A DNA stretch of 64,000 nt from Eledone cirrhosa (taxonomy: Eukaryota), in NCBI GenBank assembly GCA_964016885.1, contig OZ024740.1:395374001-395438000 (forward strand), in the 5' to 3' direction. Below the pieces are notes generated by a model. The model was given only the letters and a program-made list of their open reading frames with translations, was not told the origin of the DNA and ran no database searches. The position numbers were made by a program, and so were the translations under genes. Positions 54,471 through 64,000 of the stretch are shown here, one piece after another; positions within the stretch are counted from its first letter, which is position 1, and every line of letters begins with the position of its first letter.

Positions 54471-56092
54471 CATCATCATCATCATCAACGTTTAACGTCC
54501 GTGTTCCACGCTTGCATGGGTTTGGACGGGGGTAGTCCCACTTGAGGCAAGAGTGATTGTCTTGCTCGCATAGGACTGTCTGGCAGGTTTTCTACAGTTG
54601 GATGCCCTTCCTAACACCAACCACATTTACAGTGTGGGTCTGGGAGGTTTTTACCGTGTTGCCTACACGGCCACATTACAGCGTGGACTGTGTTTTTTTT
54701 TGTCGTGACACCTACACGATCTCATTTGTTTCGGCCTATGGCGCGGCACCAACATAACTTTACATAGAACGGGGTGGTGTGGATGGGGTGGGGGTGGTGG
54801 TGGTGGGACGGGGTGTATTTTGTTAGAGATGCCTACTGGTTGGAGTAGGTTTTACTATATATTTAGGTAAGGCGGGTCTTCTCTGTTACTGAGTACCGCC
54901 AAAGGTCTCGGTCCAGTGACATTGTCTTGGAGAGGTGTAAGTGTGTGATGTCGGAGTTTATCAGCTCGTCCCAGGTTTTTCTAGGTCTGCCTATTCCGTG
55001 ACTACCGTCTATCTTTATTGCCCTGCACTTTGTTATACAGCTATCGACTTTCATGCGCATCACGTGTCCATACCAACGTAGCCTTCTCTTGAGTAAACAA
55101 CATCTGATCCCTCTTATCTCTAATTTTTTCCTTAGTTCGTTTATGCTTTGCCGTTCACGTATATTACTGTTACACATCCAGCGGAGCATGCAAGCTTCGT
55201 TCCTCTCTAGTCTGCGTATATCCTCTGCACACAATGCCCAGGTCTCACTTCCATGCAGCATTGCTGTTCGTATGCAGGCATCGTATAACCTGCCTTTCAT
55301 TTTTAGGGAGAACCCTTTAGCGGCTAATAGTGGTATAAGCTCTCTGAACTTTTTCCATCCAGTTCTGACTCTAGCTACTGTACTTTCAGAGCACCTTCCC
55401 CACTGCTGATTTTGTCACCCAGGTAACGGAAGGTGTCCACTATTTCTATAGAACCATCTGTGCAATGGAATGAGCTAGTATTTGTGGGCACTTGCTGCTA
55501 CTTATTGCACCAGAGCACCGGCCACATGTAAAATCTATGTTCTTAGTTAGCTTACCTGTGATCCCACTACATCTTTTATGCACCCATACTTTGCATTTGG
55601 GACATAAAATGGAGTTTCTACCTACGCTTTTACACACTGAGCATGGCCATTTCCCGGAAGGGACCGCCGCCTTATTTTCTTTCCTACAAACTAGAACTTT
55701 AGTCTTAGCCAGGTTAATTTTAAGGCCTTTTGATTCTAGGCCGTGCTTCCATGTTTGGAATTTCTTCTCTAGTTCGGTCATTGATTCAGCTATGAGCGTT
55801 AGATCATCTGCGTATAGGAGTTCCCATGGGCAGCCGGTCTTGAACTCCTCTGTTATAGCCTGAAGGGCAATAATAAATAGTAGGGGGCTGAGAACAGAGC
55901 CCTGATGGACGCCAACTTTTACGCTAAACTCTTCACTATATTCGTTGTTAATTCTAACCTTGCTGACTGTTTCTTTATACATGGCTTGTATAGCTCTCAC
56001 AAGCCATTCGTCAACACCTAGTTTTCTAAGAGCCCACCAGATAATGGAACGGGGGACTCTGTCGAAGGCTTTCTCCAAGTCAACAAAGCTAA
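54469..56092 (-). mobile_element. RTE LINE copy C (5'-truncated, frameshifted)
   Basis: Homologous to 38953-40572. Confidence 0.9.
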
Positions 56093-56111
56093 GATATATA
56101 TATATACACAG

Positions 56112-56158
<47 letters not shown>

Positions 56159-56159
56159 G

Positions 56160-56202
<43 letters not shown>

Positions 56203-56203
56203 G

Positions 56204-56242
<39 letters not shown>

Positions 56243-56243
56243 G

Positions 56244-56284
<41 letters not shown>

Positions 56285-57582
56285 GGTGTGTATATATATG
56301 ATGATGATACATAGGTGTGAGTGTATATATTTCATCCTCATCATTATCCCCGTTTTACGTCCGTTCTTCCACGCTAGCATGGGTTAGACGGGTTGTCCTG
56401 TTGTGAGCAGTGTCCAGTCGGCTGACCATGCCTTGCTCATACGGGAACTGAATCTGGCTTGCTTTCTACAGCTGGATGCCCTTCCTAACACCAACCTCAT
56501 TTACAGTGAGTGCTGGGTCCTTTTTTTCTGTGGTGCCTACACGTCCACTTTACAGTGTGGGCTGGGTGCTTTTTTGCCGTGGCACCTCCACGACCACTTT
56601 GCAGTGGGAGGGTGTGGGGCATATTGCCTATATGCTTCAGCTTCGGCTTGTACCCGGAAATACACATGTAGGTGGATATAACGAAAGAAAGTTTCATCAA
56701 AGAAGATACTTGATAATATTGGTATATTTATGAAAGCTAAACTTATATTTTGGTTTTATTAGAAGAAAATTTGTGAATGAGTAAAGTATAGCATTTCTAA
56801 CAATAATGAAGGCACCATACAGTTATTTATACAGCAAGGCTAAATGTATGTTTACTAAAAATACATGCTTATAAATTTACCTTATATTTCTAATCATCCT
56901 ATCACTGTGTAGTGGATCAATTTAGTAATTCATTCCCATTGCCAATATTTGCTATTGTTATGAAATTAGGTAGACCAATTTAGTTCAGCTTGAGTTAGTA
57001 TATATTATAAATAGCTATAAATTACTTCTCTCTGTGGACAAGAAATGAATAATCAATCTTTGGTAAGGTGTTAATAAATCCAAAAGCTAGTTAAATTGAT
57101 CTCATTTTCTGGCTACAGAGAGAAAAAGCTGTGGTTTAACCATAGCACCTACTTTTCACATAGTGGCTAAATGTGTGTTCATTAAAAACACAAACTTGCA
57201 AGTAGCTTTGTAGTTAAGGTGCTGGTCTCACAATCTACTCAGCTGGTAAAAATGAGTTGTAACTCTAATTCAAGAGGTTAACATAGTTACATATTGAATC
57301 TCTCTGAGAACTATGTGAAGGGTGTATGTGTCTGTAGAATTCTCAGATATTTGCACGTTAATATCACAAGTAGCCTGATCCTTTCATTGAATCAACTGGA
57401 GCACTCATCATCAGAAATGACGGAGATCTGACGATATATAAAGAGGTTAGGGTTAAAATTGGTGTGTCAGAATTTAGGTGGATAGGTTGTGTAGATGTTG
57501 AGATTTTAGGGATGGGATTTGGGTGTACAGTGATGGTGAGAATAATTACAAGGGATAATAGTGATCATGATTTCATTGTTAA

Positions 57583-57716
57583 GAGGTGGATTGCCAGTAT
57601 CAGTAGAGGGCCAGACGCCATGCTTTGCAGCATAGAGTTACGTCCCTTTACGGTCTGAGTTCAAATCCTGACGAGGTTAATTTTGCCTTTCATCCTTACG
57701 GGGTCGAAAAAATAAG
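57583..57716 (+). mobile_element. SINE family A, 3'-truncated at the junction with RTE copy B
   Basis: A box, B box and central box are present, then an abrupt switch to RTE sequence. Confidence 0.8.
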
Positions 57717-60185
57717 TTAGCTTACCTGTGATCCCACTACATCTTTTATGTACCCATACTTTGCATTTAGGACAAAATGGAGTTTCTACCTACGCCTTTC
57801 CTACACACCGAGCACGACCATTTCCCAGAAGGGACCGCCGCCTTGTTTTCTTTCCTACAAACTAGAACTTTGGTCTTAGCCAGGTTAATTTTAAGTCCTT
57901 TGGACTCTAGGCCGTGCTTCCATGTTTGGAATTTCTTCTCTAGCTCGGCCATTGATTCCGCTATGAGTGTCAGGTCGTCTGCGTATAGAAGTTCCCATGG
58001 GCAGCCTGTCTTGAACTCCTCTGTTATAGCCTGAAGGGCAATAATAAATAGTAGGGGGCTGAGAACAGAGCCCTGATGGACGCCAACTTTTACGCTAAAC
58101 TCTTCACTATATTCGTTGTTAATTCTAACCTTGCTGACTGTTTCTTTATACATGGCTTGTATAGCCCTCACAAGCCATTCGTCAACGCCTAGTTTTCTAA
58201 GAGACCACCAGATAATGGAGCGGGGGACTCTGTCGAAGGCTTTCTCCAAGTCGACAAAAGCTAAGTAGAGGGGTTTACCTTTAGCTAGGTACTTCTCCTG
58301 TAGTTGTCGTACTATGAAAAGAGCGTCTGTGGTACTTTTGCCTGACACAAACCCGAACTGCATTTCATCTAGGTCGATTCTCTCTCTGATTAGTTGCGCT
58401 ATTACTTTTTACGTGACCTTCATGACCTGGTCGATTAATTTAATGCCTCTATAGTTACTCCTATCTAGGGCGTCTCCTTTACCCTTATAACAGTTAACGA
58501 TGATGCTGCTATGCCAGTCCTTCGGAACAACCCCATTCTGTACGACTTGGTTAACTATACGGGTGACCATGGTGTGTCCCACCGTGCCAGATGCCTTCAG
58601 CATCTCAGCAACTATTTCCGAAGGCCCAGCCGCCTTACCCGTCTTCATATCCTTGATTGCCTTACTTATTATACTCCCCTCGACTAACACTGCTGGTCCC
58701 TCTATTGGGTCGATATGGGGGAGACTGTCTTTCTCCCATTTATTCTCCTCATTTAGTAGCCTTTCGTAGTGACACTTCCAAGCTACCTTCTTATCAGCGT
58801 CGGTGATGGCAAGTGTGCCATCGTCGTTTAGTACACACTTCTCCCCGACAATATCACGGTTTTCCTTGACGCATTGCCTAGCAATCCTGAACACCTCACG
58901 TTTTTGGTCATCGCGTTGTAGAACATGCTTGAACTTTGTTTCCTCAGCTTCCCTTCTTGCTAAGTACACTTGTCTCCTAGCTTCCCTCCTGGCCACTTGA
59001 TAGTCTTCTCTCCTTCCCTCATCCCGCCATACTTTCCAAGCCTGCTTTTTGGCCTAAATTGACCCCTCCACCTTACTGTTCCACCACCATGTTACTCTCC
59101 TCCTGCCTACAGGCCTGCTCCAGCCACAGACTTCGTCTGTCGCCAACAGCAGGTTTGCTTTCAGAAATTCCCACTCTCCCTCTATATTGTCCGACTCTAA
59201 ATGTTCTTCCTTACTGTCGAAAGCATCAAGTAATATGCTGTGAAATTTATTCCTGGCTGTGGGGTCCTTTAGCTTCCATATTTTTCTCCTGAGGATAGTC
59301 CTCTTCTGCTGTCGAGTACGTCTCGTCCTGACTATGAGGTCGCTAATTATCAGTCTATGTTGGGAGGTGCATTCTTCATGGGGGAGGGATTTGGTGTTTA
59401 CAACAGACACTCTGTCACGTCTTCTGGTAAGGATATAATCTACCTGGCTTGTGTGTTCCCCGGATCTATAGGTGATCAGGTGATTGTCACGTTTTTTGAA
59501 GTTAGTGTTACAGATAGTTAGGTTATTTGCATCACAGAATTCCAGGATTCTGGAGCCTTCCTCATTTCCAGTACCAAACCCATAGCCTCCATGGATTTCG
59601 TCGTAGCCGTCACAATGTTGTCCAACGTGACCATTTAGGTCGCCTGCAATAATTATATAGTCACTGTCGGGTATTTGGGAGGTAGTTAGCATCAGTGTCT
59701 CATAGAATCTGTCTTTTATAGTGCCGGGCAGTCCGGATTGGGGTGCGTACGCAGATATTACTGTCACCGTAGTTCTATTGAGGACAAGTCGTATTTTAAT
59801 TATTCTGTCGTTCACTCTATTTACGTCTATTATCTTATCTGCCCACTTTTCCGCTACCATGATTCCTACTCCACCCAGCCCATCGTCGTTTCCCATCCAG
59901 AAAAGCTTATAACATCGTTTTTTACCCTCAATGAATGTAGCAGACCCACCCCTCCAACTGGTCTTTTGAATACAACAAACATCGACCTCCTTACGATCAA
60001 GCATTTCTACAACCTCGTTAGCGCGACCCTTTAGGGTGCCTACAATTATGGTACCAATTCTGAAGTTTTGGATTGCGTTTGGGGGTTGGGGGCGGTGGGG
60101 GGCGGGGGGCGATGGGGTTATGTTAGCCGTCCGCGGTCGAAACAATGAGGAGTGCTCGCATTCTCGTCCAAGAGGTGAACTTGTC
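57716..60185 (-). mobile_element. RTE LINE copy B (lacks the 3' end; in-frame nonsense codons)
   Basis: ORFs 59054-60145, 58409-58996 and 57767-58363 share one frame and match copy A. Confidence 0.9.
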
Positions 60186-60266
60186 TATATGTCATATATG
60201 TATGTATATATATATATGTATATATATATATATGTATATATATATATGTATATATATATATGTATG

Positions 60267-60299
<33 letters not shown>

Positions 60300-60301
<2 letters not shown>

Positions 60302-60555
60302 GTTGTTACACTTTGGGAGGGTCATGCTGCCAATAAGAAACACACGCACCAGTTGCTTTCACTTCAATTTAATTTATTAAATATTTATAAATTTACAAAT
60401 TTATAAATTTCTGGTTGGTTGGTTGGTTCCACAACCAGATAGTTGTTTATATATATATAGTCATAGTTCTTTCGTCACACACTCTGTGACCTCTTCAGTG
60501 ACTGGGGATTTCTTTCTTCGTTTCTGTGCCTTTCCTTTCTTCTATCTTACGCCAA
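60300..60555 (-). mobile_element. Penelope-like pseudo-LTR fragment
   Basis: Homologous to 24850-25095; contains an intact hammerhead. Confidence 0.7.
60459..60503 (-). ncRNA. Minimal type I hammerhead ribozyme
   Basis: Minus strand: AGTCA-CTGAAGA-G-GTCACAgagtgTGTGAC-GAAA-GAAC-TA-TGACT. Confidence 0.75.
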
Positions 60556-60777
60556 TGTATATATATATGTATGTATATATATATATGTATATATATATAT
60601 ATGTATATATGTATATATATATATGTATATATATATATGTATATATATATATGTATATATATATATGTATATATATATGTATATATATATGTATGTATAT
60701 ATATGTATATATATATATATGTATATATATATGTATGTATATATATATATATGTATGTATATATATATATATGTATG

Positions 60778-60822
<45 letters not shown>

Positions 60823-60823
60823 G

Positions 60824-60898
<75 letters not shown>

Positions 60899-60944
60899 GT
60901 ATATATATATGTATGTATATATATATGTATGTATATATATATGT

Positions 60945-61410
60945 ATTCTTCTATTCTTTTATTCTTTTACCTGTTTCAGCCATCCGGCTGAGGCCATGCT
61001 GGGGCACTGCCCTTGTTGCTACACATTTTATCTCCAGCCTGTATAGGTTGGCCACTGGTGTAAGAGGGAGTTTGTTGCTGCTGCCCTTAGGTTTCCCTGG
61101 TGTCTTGCTGTGGGCTCATCCGGGATCCTGGATAACAAGGTGTCGAGATGTTTCTTAAAGACATCCACCTCCACGTCTTGCAAGTCTCTCAGATGCCTCG
61201 GCAGCCTGTTGAAGAGTTGAGGGCCCTTGAATCCCAGGCTATTGCAATACCTGCTCCTTATTCTAGATGTGGAAGACGGGACCTTTGGCACCACACAGTG
61301 ACGTCCTGTTCGACGGTTGGTCCAGCTCCCAATGCCAAAGTTTGGTGCTAGTCCCTCCAGGATTTTCCACATGTAGATCACTGCGTATCTCTCCCGTCTT
61401 CGCTCCAGTG
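60945..61410 (-). mobile_element. 3' fragment of a second CR1-group LINE with (AAAAGAAT)n tail
   Basis: LERRRERYAVIYMWKIL...GPQLFNRLP...IPDEP...TNSLLHQ; the same 3'UTR motif occurs at 29932-29995. Confidence 0.85.
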
Positions 61411-61412
61411 TT

Positions 61413-63238
61413 TTGGGGGGTCCGTATAGCTTTGGTCCACCCAATCCACCTTCCTATGGCGTCAGCATAGCTGGTGATGTTGCCAACCTTTTCATGGTAT
61501 GGTGGGAAAGGAGACTTAAAGATCTCCTTAATGAAAGCTCCATAGACCTCATCATGTACTCTCGTTATGTAGACGATATCAATATAGTTATAAGAACACC
61601 CCCACTAGAGAGCACTAACAAGTTTGATTTAGAACGTAGCACGATGGAAAGCATCCAGCAGATAGCTAATTCCATACACCAGAGTATAACTGTAACTATA
61701 GACTTCCCTTCCAAACACCCTAACAATAGACTACCTGTATTAGACACAGAACTCTGGATTAACACTATAGACGAGAGAGCCCAAATTCTCCACTCACACT
61801 ATGCTAAACCCATGGCCTCCAAATACCTGATACTCAAAAACTCAGCAATGTCCAGTAGTGCTAAGTTTAATATTCTGATCGCAGATTTGGTACGAGTGAT
61901 GAAGAATGTGTCCAGCATGTGCGACCCAACAGAAATGGAAGGACACATCCAACACTTCATCAACCGCATGCAGTTCTCTGGCTACAACCAAAGAGACAGA
62001 GTCAGAGTATACGAAGGAGCCATGGAAAAGTATAAGACCCTCATGGAACTGGACATGAAAGGAATTTGCCCACTATACAGGAGCAAATCATGGAATAGCT
62101 TAGATAGGGCTAGACATAAGATAGGGAAGGCCACATCATGGTACGACAACCAGAGATATCAGAGTGTCATGTTTGTGGACGCCACCCCTGGAGGGAAATT
62201 AGCTAACCAGTGTAGAAAGGCCCTGAGAAAGACCCACTTAAAAATAAAGGTGGTAGAAAAGCCAGGAACCACCATAAAATCCCTGATCAGCAAAACCTAC
62301 CCTTTTAAGAAAACCCACTGTACCAATAGGAAATGTATCATATGTAAGGTGAACCCCCGGATAAACTGTAAAACTAGAAACGTAGTCTATAGCATAAGAT
62401 GTACAGAGGGTACTTGCAGAAACATGACAACAACATACATAGGTGAGACAGCTCGTAGCATAGGTGAAAGGATAGACCAACACTGGGGGGAACTAAAAGG
62501 ACGAAAAAACGGGTCAGTACTATACGAACATGCCAGACAACAACATGACGGTAACATAGACAACATAGAAATTAGAATAATATCTAAACATAGGAATGAC
62601 CCAGCAGATAGGCAAATCAGAGAGGCCAGTGAAATAGAAATTAGAAGACCAAAGCTAAACAGAAAGAATGAGTGGAACAACAACAACACCCAAACAAACA
62701 ACACTGACCTAAGAGAAGTATAAATAAGTAAATAAAATTAAATAAAATAAGATAAATAAATACATACACAAGCACATAAACACACACTAGTCACCCAGCA
62801 GACACAACACTATACACACTAGTCACACATCACACATAACACTATACACACACGCAAACGCATGCGCAAAGAAGACAAAATAAAATAAGATAAACAAACA
62901 AGCAAATAAATAAATAAATATATAGACAGACTGAACAAAAAAATGGCGTAGACATACAACACAACAGGAGGTACAATGAATATAACACCACTGACGATGT
63001 TGCAGATGTGCAACGAAAGATTTATGTAAATTATGTAAACTATATATATGTGTTTGCGTCTATATTGTATCTGTATTATTTTTGACCATCGGTCAGTCAA
63101 TGGCAACATTGAGGACCGAGTAAGTTAGACCGCAGATATAAAAGACAGCGAGAAGCGAAAACCAACCAAACAGTGAGTGTGTTCTGTTATTAATTCTGGC
63201 AATATTACGCAAATATGACCCTCCCCAAATATAACAAT
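61413..63238 (+). mobile_element. 5'-truncated Penelope-like element with 3' pseudo-LTR
   Basis: RT + GIY-YIG ORF followed by a UTR with a hammerhead-like motif (62986-63029) and a TATA box; abuts (TA)n. Confidence 0.9.
61458..62723 (+). CDS. PLE ORF, C-terminal part: RT (YVDD), thumb, Cys-rich linker, GIY-YIG endonuclease
   Basis: GVSIAGDVANLFM, SRYVDDI, LPVLD, CTNRKCIIC...C, NVVYSIRC...YIGETARSIGERIDQH, REASEI...LNR. Confidence 0.9.
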   Translation, partial: GVSIAGDVANLFMVWWERRLKDLLNESSIDLIMYSRYVDDINIVIRTPPLESTNKFDLERSTMESIQQIANSIHQSITVTIDFPSKHPNNRLPVLDTELWINTIDERAQILHSHYAKPMASKYLILKNSAMSSSAKFNILIADLVRVMKNVSSMCDPTEMEGHIQHFINRMQFSGYNQRDRVRVYEGAMEKYKTLMELDMKGICPLYRSKSWNSLDRARHKIGKATSWYDNQRYQSVMFVDATPGGKLANQCRKALRKTHLKIKVVEKPGTTIKSLISKTYPFKKTHCTNRKCIICKVNPRINCKTRNVVYSIRCTEGTCRNMTTTYIGETARSIGERIDQHWGELKGRKNGSVLYEHARQQHDGNIDNIEIRIISKHRNDPADRQIREASEIEIRRPKLNRKNEWNNNNTQTNNTDLREV

Positions 63239-63273
63239 ATATGTATATATATATATGTATATGTATGTATATG

Positions 63274-63308
<35 letters not shown>

Positions 63309-63333
63309 GTATAAATATATATATATATACATA

Positions 63334-63404
<71 letters not shown>

Positions 63405-63593
63405 ATATATATGTATGTATATATATATGTATGTATATATATATGTCTATATATATATATGTATGTATATATATATGTATGTATATATATATGTATGTAT
63501 ATATATATGTCTATATATATATATGTATATATATATATATGTATGTATATATATATGTATATGTATATATATATATGTATGTATATATATATG

Positions 63594-63630
<37 letters not shown>

Positions 63631-63711
63631 GTATATATATGTATATATATATGTATGTATATATATATGTATGTATATATATGTATATATATATGTATGT
63701 ATATATATATG

Positions 63712-63758
<47 letters not shown>

Positions 63759-63799
63759 GTATATATATATGTATGTATATATATATGTATATATATATG

Positions 63800-63898
<99 letters not shown>

Positions 63899-64000
63899 GT
63901 ATGTATATTTATATATATGTATATATATATATATATGTAATATTTATTATATGTATGTATATATATATATATATATATGTATGTATATTTATATATATGT
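63239..64000. repeat. (TA)n/(TATG)n array
   Basis: Directly visible. Confidence 0.97.

Noticed and set aside
57445-57455. TTAGGG telomere-like motif
   Set aside because: Isolated unit, not an array.

Overview
Repeat-dominated, AT-rich eukaryotic DNA, most likely an octopod cephalopod. That assignment is inferred from the tRNA-derived SINE families and the very large (TA)n/(TATG)n arrays. No host protein-coding gene could be confidently identified, and the many Y/I/M/C/V-rich ORFs in the track are translations of microsatellites. Retroelements present: the 5' part of an L1/Tx1-like LINE (1-1975, minus); two nearly identical CR1-group LINEs in inverted orientation across a 200-N gap (12491-16342 plus; 18891-21684 minus); three copies or fragments of an RTE-clade LINE with a PHD-like insert; a 5'-truncated Penelope-like element (RT + GIY-YIG, 61413-63238); and a decayed R4/Dong-like fragment. 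Also present are SINEs, Tc1/mariner MITEs and a tRNA-Asp pseudogene. Two signals stand out. (i) About eleven type-I hammerhead ribozyme motifs from several unrelated sequence families sit as short islands inside or beside the (TA)n arrays; some are linked to Penelope pseudo-LTRs, and they include unusual variants. (ii) The CR1-group LINE has an ORF2 with no usable ATG that overlaps ORF1 in the -1 frame, with two in-frame canonical slippery heptamers (T_TTT_TTA, A_AAA_AAC), suggesting programmed -1 frameshifting. All RNA structures were folded by eye and need computational or biochemical confirmation.
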